Source: Mizuhopecten yessoensis (Eukaryota). Taken from it: a stretch of 64,000 nt of DNA. The position numbers and the translations under genes were made by a program. This document shows, in pieces, positions 25,821-51,390 of this stretch. The stretch lies in assembly GCF_002113885.1 (NCBI RefSeq), contig NW_018408726.1:1379362-1443361 (forward strand). The letters run 5' to 3'. The notes under the pieces are model-generated. The model saw only the letters and a list, made by a program, of their open reading frames with translations. It made no database searches and was not told the origin of the DNA. The stretch's first letter is position 1. Each line of letters opens with the position of its first letter.

Positions 25821-26970
25821 CAGGCGCGTAACAACCTATGTAGCAAAAAAGCCCGGGCTTACACATCATTTTTGACAAAATAAAAAAATAAAAATAAACA
25901 CAACATAGACTATATGATATAAAATATTAAAAAGCAATGACAGGTGATTTGTATCTGCTATAAAGACCGCCAACTAAAATGCTTCGTTGCAATCAAAGTC
26001 TCTAACAAATGTAGAACTGAGGTTAGCATATTCATTCTGCATGGTAATCGCGCCAGTGGAACTCTAGCCTTGCTAATTATCGGTGTACCCAAACACTAAC
26101 TCTAGTTTTCCCTGTGAAATAAAGTGTTTCTAAGGGGTTTTTTTACCGCTTTTATACATATAAAGGGAACAATATGGTTGGTAGCCTGGCTTCAATCATT
26201 CGACATGGTAACCGTGTCAGTGCAACTCTAGCTATGCAAATTATTGGTATACACACAGTACTCACTAGCCCCCCGCCCCCCGTAAAATAAACAGTTCCTA
26301 TGATTTTTATCCCCTTTATTAATACAAAATATATATGGAATGGTCATTAACCATGGCTTTATATTTTACATTGACCAGTATATCGGTTCTTATGTACATA
26401 ATGTTAAACTATTCCTAGTGATGGCTTGTGATACTAGTCTCATGTCCCTGCGCAACCAGAGTCACAGTCGCGAGGAGAAACTCTTACAACAACTATCCCA
26501 AAATCCACATGATTTAATTTTTTCTTTTCCGTGGAATAATGTTACCGAACTCCAAAACAGAATTGGCGTAGATGAGTACCAATCCCTACGAACCCAAAAA
26601 GAAGCAAAATATTTATAAAATAATATAGGGGAAAACGATATTTTCTTGCTTCAAAATGGCCATTGAAACTGACGCCAGAACACGGGAGAACGCGTCTCAG
26701 GCGTTATAGAAAACAAATTCTCCTGGGGGAGACCCCCAGACCCCCACCAATGAGAGGTGTGNNNNNNNNNNNNNNNNNNNNNNNNNNNNNNNNNNNNNNN
26801 NNNNNNNNNNNNNNNNNNNNNNNNNNNNNNNNNNNNNNNNNNNNNNNNNNNNNNNNNNNNNNNNNNNNNNNNNNNNNNNNNNNNNNNNNGGGGGGAGGGA
26901 CCATACCTGCCTTCGGCAGCACACTTCATCATTGGGCTTACACATTGAAAACCCGTTTGTTACGCCCCTG
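25821..26970. mobile_element. Non-autonomous DNA transposon with 14-bp TIRs and 5-bp TSD; includes N gap 26762-26889
   Basis: CAGGCGCGTAACAA ... TTGTTACGCCCCTG; GATCT on both sides. Confidence 0.7.
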
Positions 26971-27768
26971 GATCTAGGACATCTGGTATGTTAATAATCA
27001 TTAAAGCCCGTCTTAAAATATTAACATATGTAATTTGTAATCAGACAATAGGAAAAGCAAATAATTATTAGCCCTCATTATAAAGATAGGAACGGTTAAG
27101 TATTAAGAATATTTGAATAGAGAAAAACCTAAATGATGTAAACCCAATTCCAGACATCTTTCCCGACAGTGTTAGTTAAACTACACTAATAGTATCTATA
27201 CAAAATATACGGTCTATCGGCCCTAGATCTAGAACAACTGCGTCCGTCCCCGATGCGACGTTGAAAATTATGATACTCCAATATATACACTTACCTCTTA
27301 AAGGACCAAAACAATAAGTCACAGAAGGTCTTATGCATAATCATCCCTATCTGACTAGTTATTCGGCACAATTATATTAACGACGGGTACTTAAGTTATA
27401 GTTGGTAATATGGGCTTGGCCAAGTCTGCATACAAGATAAATCCATCATCGTTAATGGATTCAGGAACCATAACTCTGTCGGGCCACACCCGATGCACTC
27501 AGTATAAAGAGGTAAATAATTAATTGTATTTACGTCGGTTGATTTGTTTCTCTAGTAGAGCATGATTCATCTTTAAGTATACAAACATGACACGGTAACG
27601 TAAGTTATATACAACACCATGACAACAAATGTAAAATAATTATCTGGAAAACATTTTTTTTTAAGTAAAAATTACAGAAACTAGAACAACATGTGTAGAA
27701 GAAATGGTCATATATTTTTGGTGACAGAGTGTATGTAGAGTTTGATGCTTTATATGAAGAAATTTAAG

Positions 27769-27863
27769 GAAAAATAGGACTCCTATCCAGGCCAGCCAAT
27801 CACATGCGAGCGTTACTGCGGATGAGCGTGAAAGAGTTAACATTCATAGTTGATGTATAAATA
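27769..27863 (+). promoter_or_regulatory. Locus 3 promoter: CCAAT, CGTTACTGCGGA, TATA
   Basis: CCAAT at 27796, CGTTACTGCGGA at 27811, TATAAATA 27856-27863. Colinear with the locus 4 promoter. Confidence 0.65.
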
Positions 27864-27944
27864 CATCCCGCCTAAGGAAAAGATTGCGTAGACCATTGTA
27901 CCCGCGTGAACGGTTGTTTATTTCGTAGCACCAACGTCAACATC

Positions 27945-33311
<5,367 letters not shown>

Positions 33312-34025
33312 TAAGTCCAATTGACCATCATGAAACAATTGATCATCTTTGTACAAACTGACCAAAACATTCTAATATTCAGAGATAAAGAAAAAATGAA
33401 TAATTCCATCATCATTTTTTATATCTAATTTCATGACATGAGTAATAATTTCGATTCCAAATTTGAAATGTTTGGATAAATTGGACATGCAGGTACTACG
33501 TCTTTGTTGAACACTTTGTACCTGTCCTGCAGGTACTCATTACCATGGTGAAATACAATAAAAAGGTGGTGCCTTTGATATTATGTATTACTTTATAACT
33601 CCAATACAGTCTGCAAATGGCTATGCACTGGTGGCCCAAAGGTAAGTTAGGGTTAACCAGTGTTCGGGGGAAATCAAAAACAAACAAAACCAGGAACATC
33701 CGATATAATTTCAATTAATTTTTTTTATAGATGAATTTTCATGATTCATTTAGATTTGAAAGCTTTTGCCCCGCGCTGACAACAAATATAATTTTTCCAC
33801 TAACCACTGGTTAAAGTTAACAAACCTTAAAAGGAATCATTTACACACTACTCTATACACCTTGTAAAATGCTTTTTTTTCACACATTTTGGACAGTTTG
33901 TTTAGATAAAAAAAAAATGCTACATTTCAAATGTAGACTCGGTCTGGAAAAGTTTCGTGTTCCAAAGGGAACCGTTTGTGTTGCAATTTTACCATCGTTT
34001 TTGGGGGGAAAACATCCGTGTAACA

Positions 34026-34940
34026 TTTTAGCTCTCCTGGTCCAAAGGACAGGTGAGCTTATGCCATGGCGCGTTGTCCGTCAACTTTTCCTTTAAAACA
34101 TTACTTGTCCTGAACGACCCAGTAGATTTTGACTAAATTTGGTCTGGAGCAAGGACATTCAATTTTATATATACGGTGGCTGTAGCCCTCTTTGTGGGCA
34201 GAGGGGTGGGGCCCAATAGGGGGAATAGAGGTAAAATCTTTGACATTCTTCTCCTATCATAGGGATAAAGGGATTTGGTCTAGAGCAGCATTGGGCAATA
34301 GCGACTTTGTTCTGTACAAACATTGGGTGTTGCCCCTCTGGATGCAGAGCGGCAGGACACAAAGTGGGAATTTGAGGTTAAAATCATTAAAATCCTTCTC
34401 CTAGACTATTGGAGGGATTTTATCCACATTTGACCTGGAGTATCCTTTGGCAAAGGGCATGGGTCGACACATCACACTAGTCTGCTAGTCCTGGACTAGT
34501 AGATTTCAGCAAGGACTAGTGAATCGCCTAACCTAACTGGTCCTTTGGACTTGTGAAATAATCTGATTATAAAATAAGAATATTCCGTTTTAAAATTTAG
34601 AAAACTACTTAAAATAAGATATATTGCATGATAATTGTCGAGAGCTTCCTAAAACTTCACCATATTTTTATGGCAGTAGTTATTTTAAGTCTCCTACAGN
34701 TGACTAAATTTGGCCTGGAGCAATGACATTCAATTTTATATATACGGTGGCTGTGGCCCCCTTTGTTTAAATGGAGGGTTTGGCCCTTTGGGTGTAGAGT
34801 TGCGGGGCCCATTAGGGGAACTGAGGTTGAAATCTTCAAAATCCTACTTCTGAACCATTGTAGGTAATTTATGTATAAAGATATTTTTCCCATGATTACT
34901 TTATTATCCATGTGAGCGATACAGGCCCGAGTCTCTTGTT
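34026..34940 (+). mobile_element. HINE/Helentron-like non-autonomous element
   Basis: 5' TTTTAGCTCTCCTG..CAGGTGAGC subterminal inverted repeat, internal repeats, and 3' GTGAGCGATACAGGCCC..CTCTTGTT. Confidence 0.7.
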
Positions 34941-36401
34941 CCTTCTTCATATCGGATTTTAAAAAATAAGGCATCCTTAACTCCAATTTTGGGACAACAA
35001 TACAATCAAAATCGTCACGCCGTCAACAAGCCGTGTTCAAAAAGAACACGCCCACAAACGTCACTCGCTGCATCAATCGCAACTTCTGGGCCAATTCCGC
35101 TGCATCTGGTTCGTCGATTGGTTGATGGAACGTTTGAGGTCGGTGTTGTCCTTGATTTCAGAAGCAGTTTGTATCTTTTTCTGAGACTTGTTTGTTTGCG
35201 CGCATTGTCAACTTAAGATTACGCATACACGTATATGGAAATGTAAAATTTACATTACATGTACATGTTTCAAACCATAAGTCATGACTTGAATGTTTCT
35301 TCTGATGTGTACTTATCCACATTTTCGTGAACTGTAATGGTATTTCTGATTACAAGAGGGCAAAATGAAGATTATTACACATGCTTGAAAGCTGTCCATA
35401 CCGGCCGCTGCACTGAGAAGTAATATCAGTAGTTCTACTTCTAAATGGTACTGACCAACTTCAACAATTTGAAGATAAAATGTCAGACAAAAGTTCAACC
35501 CTTAATTCTACTTTACCTAGTTAACAGTACTGTGAAGTACTTCAAACGTAGTCCAACCCTAGTAGTTGTCCGTAATTGACCGTAATGTTAACCGTAGTAC
35601 CATGTTGCTACGGTCAAGTATACGTAGCTAGCAGGGTCAATTATGGTCAACTGCTTTCAAACTACGGCCACTGTAGGGTCTTGGCATTCAAACTCATCGT
35701 AGAGATATTTTGAAAATTGTTGGGCTAACCACGGACTTATCTACGTTGAACTACGTTTAATAGTTAACTAAGGTCTACTACGGTCAACTACGTGCGTGAC
35801 CGTAAGATATGACCGCGGTTGTAAGAGCACTTTGTAAGGCTATTTGATGTCTTTATATGAAATGGACCAATAAGAGTTCAAAAAATGTTGCTACCCTATT
35901 ACACAATCTAATATAAGTAAACAGAACAAGGTTACGTTCCTTACAATAATGCAGTATTAACAAAAGTCTTTCTGGGGGGAAATCATTCACAATCAAGACT
36001 ACCCTTTGTGTGCCTTTCAATCGCACAGGTCTATTCTTCGTGTCTTCCGTGTTCCCTTCACTGAGACGAGGAGGAAACCATAAAACCCCTCCAGAAAGAT
36101 CCTTGTTTTGTTTCCCGCATCATGCGAATTGTGAACTTTTTTGATAGAAGCTTTCTTATCTTGTAATTATCTTCCCGTTACAACATCAGATAGTATCCCG
36201 AACCAGGAGAAATGTGACGCCATTTTGAATGCAATCCGACTGTTAGCAGGTGTTTACAGACTCGTATAGAAGTCCCTTTAGTTTTTTTCTGCATATCGGA
36301 AGTATTGGAGGTGATTTAAGCAAATCGCCCTCGAGTTAGAATTTTGGATCACAAGTCGGTCTGTAGGTAAAGATATTCTGAAATTATCGCTCTGCTAGAA
36401 A

Positions 36402-37376
36402 TATGCCCCCGCCATTAAAGGGGGTGGGGGCATATAGTGTTGCCCATGGCCGTCCCGTCCCGATTCAATGTAAACACCCGTCGCATCCCGTCCCGATCCA
36501 ATGTAAACACTTAGCAACTTCCTTCATTCTTTGACAGAATTTGGTCAAACTTTATTCAAATGTACAACCCTCCATAAATGGGGGGGGGGGGCATATAGTG
36601 TTTCCCATGTCCGACCCGATTCAATGTAAACCTTTAGCAACTTCATTCTTTGACAGATTTTCGTCAAACTTTATGCAAAGGTCAAGTATGAGAATACTTC
36701 GGACATCGTTGTGTGTCAGGAAGTCAAGGCCAAGGTCACACTTGCTAATATAGAAAATCATCAACTGATTAAATTTAAATACTTAACAACTTCATTCTTT
36801 CACGGATTTTGGTCAAACTGTATGCAAAGGTCAAGTATGAATATACTTCGGACATTGTTGTGTTTCAGGGTTCCAAGGTCAAGGCCAAGGTCACTGTTGC
36901 TATATATAGAAAATCATCAACTGATTCAATTTAAACACTTGGCAACTTCATTCTTTCACGGATTTTGGTCAAGGTCAAATATGGGTATACCTCTGACATC
37001 CTTGTGTTTCAGGGTTCAAGGTCACTGTAGTTATATATAGAAAATCATCAACTGATCCAATTTAAACACTTGGCAACTTCATTCTTTTATGGATTTTGGT
37101 CAAACTTTATGCAAAGGTCAATTATGAGTATTCTTCGGGCATAGAATCATCATTGTCTCTTTCATACATGATACTGCCTCAATATGTTATGGAGATGGTA
37201 ATAACATACAGAAAAAACATGAATACTAAAATCAACTTATCAACTTTAAGTGTAGTACCTTGTGTGTATGCATGTTTCAGGGTATCAAGATCAAAGTAGT
37301 TGTAACTTTTTATAGATCACTGAAACTAATTTCACATGCCAGCGAGGCATTTAGGTCTTACAGGCATTTTCTAGTT
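36402..37376 (+). mobile_element. HINE/Helentron-like element with ~150-bp internal repeats
   Basis: 5' TATGCCCCCGCC..GGGGGCATATAG hairpin, CCGTC microsatellite, repeated CAACTTCATTCTTT..TTTTGGTCAAAC units, and a CTAGTT end. Confidence 0.65.
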
Positions 37377-37711
37377 TTACCAGAAAATCACTTGTATGAT
37401 AGCTATGACAGTTTTTCCCATCAAAATTAAAAACAAAAAGTGTATCTAGATTGAGTTATCACATATGTACTGTGTTATCCAGTGAATATATCCATGTCGT
37501 ATTTTTTTTGCATATGAACCCATGTAATATGACCAATTAGCCCTGTGATTGATCGTAAGTTTCAATTGTCTCAATTGTGACGTCACGCCTAGGACAAGTA
37601 CATGACGTCAAAGACTTATGCACTGGAGTCAAAATGGCGGCTTTTTACATTTCGAAGTTGCATGAAAATTGTCGTTTTACACGATTAATGCCTTAAATCT
37701 TGTTTATGTGA

Positions 37712-37818
37712 TAAAAAGGATCTTACTCTCGTTTCCATTTCATATGATATTTATGAAACTCGTCGACTCGTTTCAAAAATATCATATGAAATGGAAACTC
37801 ATGTAAGATCCTATATTT
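37712..37818. repeat. Imperfect palindrome (foldback MITE-like)
   Basis: AGGATCTTAC..GTTTCCATTTCATATGATATTT pairs with AAATATCATATGAAATGGAAAC..GTAAGATCCT. Confidence 0.75.
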
Positions 37819-38726
37819 ATAAGTCAAAGGTTCGATTAACACGCATATAACCGTGTCAGTCCAACTAAGACAAAGTAGAACACATAGATAACACACAGGG
37901 ATGTATATTCTAGAGCGCCAACACATACACAGGTACGAAAATCAAGACTGAATGACAACATGATGAACTGCAGAGCTATCAAAACAAAGGGGAAAACTGT
38001 TTAAAAGGAGACGAAAACAGTCGTCTGGAAGGGTCTGTATTCTCTGTACCACGCGGGAAATGACCTTTTAAATAATTGAACGCACGCTCAGATGTTCCCA
38101 AATAGGACGCTGTGATTATTACCTTCGTCAACTACAGTGTACACAAACAAACGTGATTGAATCCAAAAAAAGTATTTGTTATGTCATTTGTTTTTACCAA
38201 ACATTAGATGATACAGATCGTGTTCAGCTTAAATGAAATTGTATATTATCATTGTTGGATCAGCCATCCAGGTGGTTCTCCAGTATTAAATGTAATAGCC
38301 AGTGTCAGGTGCACAATAACTCTACCAATTTCCAGGTTTTATGTACTTCATTTATCAGAAAGCGCGGGATTTCCATCCCGTCGTGTCCTACCGGTAATGA
38401 AAAGTATACCCTTGGTCATCTAGGCTGGTCTCTGTATGTAAATAATTGATGACATTCGGTCGACTGAATTTCATAATTGCGTCTTGAATTTGAATTGCAG
38501 CAATTACGGACACTTTACAGCCCTCTGAGAAATCAACAGTGACTTTCCGCCAGGATGCATTCTCTGGAAATATTACCGGTCACTTACACATTTCTGGTTA
38601 AACATCTACCATTTTTTAACGTTGTTTTTAAAGTTTACAATCAAATAGTAATTTTTCTGCCACTGTATTTATTTATTTCTTGGTATTTGAATCCTTGTAT
38701 TTTTTTATATATAATTTTTAAAGCAA

Positions 38727-38811
38727 GAAAAATAGTCCATCAGTTGAATCAGCCAATCAAAAAGTCTCCGTCACTGCGGAAGAACCCGAATCGTTGTCGG
38801 ATGTATAAATA
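38727..38811 (+). promoter_or_regulatory. Locus 4 promoter: CCAAT, CGTCACTGCGGA, TATA
   Basis: CCAAT at 38753, CGTCACTGCGGA at 38769, TATAAATA 38804-38811. Confidence 0.65.
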
Positions 38812-38894
38812 GACGATTTCACTTGGTGACTAGTATCGCAACCGACCAGATAGCGGTAGGACATACACGTGTAATCAGTCGCCCATATTTCGTC

Positions 38895-46391
<7,497 letters not shown>

Positions 46392-48593
46392 ACCCAAGCA
46401 CCGAGTTAAACATAAAAAGCATTAATGAACTTTTACCGAAACGACAATGCCAAAGGTTCCTGTCGTGATTTTGACTTTCATGACAGAATAACTTACGGCA
46501 AGTTAATGTTGGGATTTTAAGCTTTGATTTAGATCTATATTACTAAAATAATACAATTCCTGAGTTACTTGGGAAATGTACCAATCAGAAATTAATCAAT
46601 ATCGTAATGTAATTGAATACACTGTAAATAAGCAATATTTATGGTGCATCACTTTGATTTTAATCCTTAGTTAAAAATGGTCAAAGGTGAGACAAATCTT
46701 TTGATTCGTTTCTATTGTCATTTTATCCCGCCATGTGGCTTTCAAATAATTACATTGATATCGCTTATTGATTTTTACTAATACATAATTTTTTCCTGGA
46801 ATTAAGTTATAAATACCTTATATAGTGCACAAAATATTTATATTTCATTAAGTAATGGCTGGATGTCAAATTTTCATTTTCGAGTGTAAAATGATTTCAA
46901 AATCAATATCAAAATTGAAATTAAATATTTATTTTTCACTCTTCATATTGAGATTCAAGTGTTAAGTTGTTAAATAATAAATTTGACGGTAACTTCAGTT
47001 GTTTGATATAAGTGTGTACTAATGTTTCACACACTTCCTCTTCACGATTTAATCTTGAGATTTTCGGTAACTCTGACTGTTGGGAGATAACGGACCGGGT
47101 AATCAGTCACACACGCACCATCCGTTTTATTGTGATATTATGATGGACATTGACGTATGCTGGTAAAAAACCCCGTCTCTGCTTAAAGGATCCTCGACCC
47201 CCTGCCAAAATGGTGTAAGTATTGGAAATTGTCTTCCCCGGCATGTTTACAGGTTTGATTATTTTTTTCTGATTTTTTTTTTTTTTTTANCACCAGAAAA
47301 AAAAATCTTCTTTTCTAATAAATTCCAATTAAAATTGAAAACAAATGGAATGTCTTTTATTGCTCTTATATTATGCAGTCACTCAGTCATTTTGAAGATA
47401 GAATTAATAGTTTACTGAAATTCTGCTGTTGCGCAATCTAGTTCATTTAGCTTGGCACAATGTTGATGGAATCATTAGGTTCAACTCTACAAGGGAGTGT
47501 AACTTTACGAGAACGATTTTCGATTCGAAAAGTTTAGAGTCGAAATCAGTTGGTACGGTAGGCGTTTATTGACCCACATATGTCAAAGGATAGTAGGTAA
47601 ATACAAATCATGGTAGAAATTTACTCTCATTAAACTCAAGTCATTTGAACATAGTTGAACAAGAAGCTTATCTGCTAGAACGAATGAAAGTAGTGTGCAG
47701 TACTAAAGGAACTCGATCCCCAACCGTTCCTAAAGGCATGGGGAACACGGAAAACACTTAACATAATGTAAAGTACTACAAAAGTAGCCCCCAACCAATT
47801 AGTCAGACATTGACAAACACTGTCCATGAAAATACAATGCCATGTAATTTGGTTATATGACCTAATAAATATTCAGTAATTGATGTCATCAAATAAATGT
47901 CATGTGTATGTACACACAAGTAACAGTGAGATGATTAAATGCAACCATGGTATCATTTTTCTTATTTGATCTTTATTCTTTATATTTTACAAAGGTTAGA
48001 ATATCACACTCGTTCCTTTTCCATCAGATTTGTATGACACTCGCTATAACTCGCTCGATAAACACATTATATAATATGTAATTTGTCATCCTTTACAAAA
48101 ATGTGATGTCCTAAGCATATCATAGTCGACATTATCTTTATTTCAAACAAATTTCCTGTTAATAGTTTTATGCTTATATACTAGTTATGATATTCATTAT
48201 GTTCCTTAACTATTACTTTAAAACAGCATTACCTCCGTCTGTTCTACTTATATATATATATTACATCCTACGCGATAAGACACACATGTTTTATCATGTT
48301 TTTGATACTGATAACATAGTGATGCGATCCTATTGATACATCCCTAGGGCACTACTTCAACAGAGAGGTGAGATAGTTTTTAATTAATTACTGTTATGTT
48401 GAATTCAATAATATATTAAATTAAATTGATTAAACTGACATTGATATGTACACTTTATTTCACCGGTATGTGATGTTAATGTCATTTCACACTTAAACAA
48501 ATTATATTCACATCAATCATACGACCAACATATTCATATCAATGTTTATTAACATAACTAAATGGTTGTCCTCAACGGGCTATCAACACAACA

Positions 48594-48634
48594 GTCTGAC
48601 CCTGTTATGGCCCATCATCATAACAGGGTCAGAC
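48594..48634. repeat. Perfect 16-bp stem with 9-nt loop
   Basis: GTCTGACCCTGTTATG-GCCCATCAT-CATAACAGGGTCAGAC. Confidence 0.85.
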
Positions 48635-49135
48635 AGGTTCAAGCAGCAGGAACATTGGTGGGGACAGGTGTGTACTAAAAGTGAAACACTGATGCTGTCA
48701 TAGAGTAAGCGTGTCCCTTTTAAATGATAATAATAATATGATATACAGCATTTGATATAGCGCCCTATCTAGCGAACATAAGCCACTCTAAAGCGCTTAA
48801 CAGTACATATATGTACCATTAATACAATTAGCATATACACTGTACATTAATCAATACAATTGTTGATGAATTGCGGGAGCTGCCTTATCAGGCGCTAACT
48901 ACTGGTCATATGCCACCTGGCTAATATATCCCTATGTGTGTATGCCTGCGTGTATGCTGAGATGTAATGTATTCTGTTTGAAGTGGGACCTTGCTTCCAA
49001 CGGCATCATTTATAGTGCCACCTCACTATCCACCAAGACAAATTTATATTCCACCTGGTTTGTTGGTATTGTTTGGGCCGTAGAAAAGCACTTTATTTAT
49101 GAGAAGTTCTTTTTACACAACCAATAAAATTGTCT

Positions 49136-49190
49136 ATGTGACGTTTCGATGACTAGTACGATATGTACACTGTCACCTTCATCAGACAAA
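49136..49190 (-). ncRNA. Minimal hammerhead ribozyme in the PLE pLTR
   Basis: UUUGU-CUGAUGA-A-GGUGAC..GUCAUC-GAAACGUC-ACA; core nucleotides intact, palindromic ACGU stem III. Confidence 0.75.
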
Positions 49191-50256
49191 TGACCAATGA
49201 AGCGTATGCACACAAAGGTGTAAAATGTGTACGAGTTGTCCATAAAATCTATGTCGATTTCGCCTACGATGGAAACGTATGTACAATAGTTGTTATATAT
49301 GTACCGAAATGACTCAATGCAGCTACGCTTTGTTAACACTTGGTCATAGATGTGCGATAGTCTTTGAGCCCCCTCGTCTCGATTTAGAACTGGCCCACTG
49401 CGGCGTATCCAGATGGCTTCCTTTATCTGCCGCTTGAACAGATTGCTCTCTCTGTCCAAAACTTTTGAGTTATCCCAGTCAATCACATGGTTTTTCTGTG
49501 TGGCATGGTCTATGATTGCCGGTTTATTTATCTAGGACTCCGACTATTTTCTTTCAGATCTGGTGAATTTCCTACTTTCTTGGGTTTCTCTGTCTTTCCG
49601 GTGTTCACTAAGGCGGACCCCAAATCGCCTTCCAGTCTCTCCAATACACGACGCGTCGCAGTTTTTGCATCCAATTTAGTATACGCATTCTGCAACGTTT
49701 TCTTTAGGTGTTTTATCCTTAGGGTGTACTATGATATTGCGAAGCGTCTTGTGGGGCTCCATGGCTGTTGCAATGCCATGACCGCGATATATCCTCTGAA
49801 TGGTTTCGGATATACCCTTTATATACGGGATGACCACTTGACCTTTGGTTTTGTTCTTATTCTTTATTGGCATTTTCTTTATCTTCTCCTTACTTTGACA
49901 CTGTTTTTTTTACCCGTTATAGGGCCCATTCCGGATATGCACATGTTCTCTTTGGCCTAGTGATATGATTCTGCTCATGTGTTTTGTCCTGTTGTTCTGT
50001 GATTATTGTATCACATCTGTTGAGCAATGTGTCTATGACGCCTAACTTCTGGTGTAAAGAATGGTATTGGTCCGTATGGGTCTTTTTCTATAGACCAATA
50101 CCTTCACGGTTCCGTCATCTTTCTTTACCAGTAGAGTGTCTAGGAAGGGCATTGTGCCGTTGGTTTCTTCCTTACATGTACATTTGATGTTGTTAGTGGC
50201 ATCTATGGTGTTGATATGTGTGGTCAAATCTCTCTGTGCATACGCTTCATTGGTCA

Positions 50257-50312
50257 TTTGTCTGATGAAGGTGACAGTGTACATATCGTACTAGTCATCG
50301 AAACGTCACACA
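50257..50312 (+). ncRNA. Minimal hammerhead ribozyme in the inverted pLTR copy
   Basis: CTGATGA 50262-50268 and GAAACGTC 50300-50307; identical to the 49136-49190 motif. Confidence 0.75.
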
Positions 50313-50988
50313 GTAAATTGTATAAGTGGTGTAAAAACAACTTCTCATAATCCAAACTTACCAACATAAAGAAAATGTTTAGAAATATAGAAAAGCACTG
50401 TTCTCTGAATATCCATGCGAACGACGTCTTCGGGGACCGAACCCAAGCCGCCTAGTATGATCTTAAAAGATAACAACGCACAGTCCTATTACGAGCCACG
50501 TCCCTATCCATTGTTGCTGCAATCAATATGCACTTCACGTATTTGTATTTACTTGAGAATTTTTTATTATGTTACATCAACTAAACTGAACATGTGTGTA
50601 ACCTCACACAATCTACACACAGATAAAGTAGTATGTGCTCGTGTATGAAAGGAGGTAAACAATGCTTCACCAGCTCGCGTTTAGCACATGTTTTGTTTTG
50701 CGTCCATGAATGCTTTTAATTAACGTTGCATCAACATATAAAATACCATCATAAATTAATGTTACATGAAATTTCCCTTTTTTACGATTTCACAAGCATA
50801 CACTATTTCTTTAAGGTAACAAACAATGTTTATCATAGAACATAAACAGGAGATAAAAAGTACTTAGGTCACTAGAGTTTACTCCGAAAGAACATTCATT
50901 ATAGATCAGTTACAAGTCCCATGTGCATGGTTAGCATTATCCATAGGATAATTCTAGAGTTGAACAATAACAGGATGATCCAGATATC

Positions 50989-51390
50989 GAGGTTCTACTG
51001 TACATGTTATATACCAAAATAGTGAAGTTCTACTGTACATGTAATATACCAAAATAGCGAAGTTCTACTGTACATATTTTATACCAAAATACTGAAGTTC
51101 TACTGTACATATCTTATACCAAAATAGTGAAGTTCTACTGTACATATTTTATACCAAAATAGTGAAGTTCTACTGTACATATATTATACCAAAAGAGTGA
51201 AGTTCTACTGTACATGTATTATACCAAAATAGTGAAGTTCTATTGTACATAAAATGTACTGAAATAGTGAAAATATACTGAAATAGTGAAGTTGTATTGT
51301 ACCTTAAAATTGCTGATAAAGTAAAGCTCTACTGTACATAAAATATGCTGAAATAGTGAAGTTCTATTGAACACCAAATATATTGAAATA
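50989..51390. repeat. ~35-bp minisatellite (~10 copies)
   Basis: Unit GAAGTTCTACTGTACATATTTTATACCAAAATAGT. Confidence 0.9.

Larger units (their letters stand above)
49093..50387 (-). mobile_element. 5'-truncated Penelope-like retroelement (RT C-terminus plus GIY-YIG endonuclease, disrupted), with inverted pLTR and 12-bp TSD
   Basis: Minus-strand peptides MPFLDTLL, VVIPYIKGISE, CVY*IGCKNCDASCIGETGRRFGVRLSEH and KRQIKEAIWIR..LNRDEG. Inverted repeat 49098-49212 / 50235-50350. TAGAAAAGCACT at 49081-49092 and 50388-50399. Confidence 0.9.
48740..50505 (-). mobile_element. Probable SINE remnant split by the Penelope-like insertion
   Basis: B-box-like GGGTTCGGTCCC on the minus strand near 50432-50443; SINE/LINE-like tail ATATAGCGCC..AAAGCGCT near 48755-48800. 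Confidence 0.35.

Noticed and set aside
27586-27626. RFX X-boxes upstream of locus 3 (CACGGTAAC, CCATGACAAC)
   Set aside because: Half-site matches only; too weak to call.
34989-36230. Possible coding or transposase remnants downstream of locus 3
   Set aside because: Short interrupted frames with no motif I can recognise; needs BLASTX.
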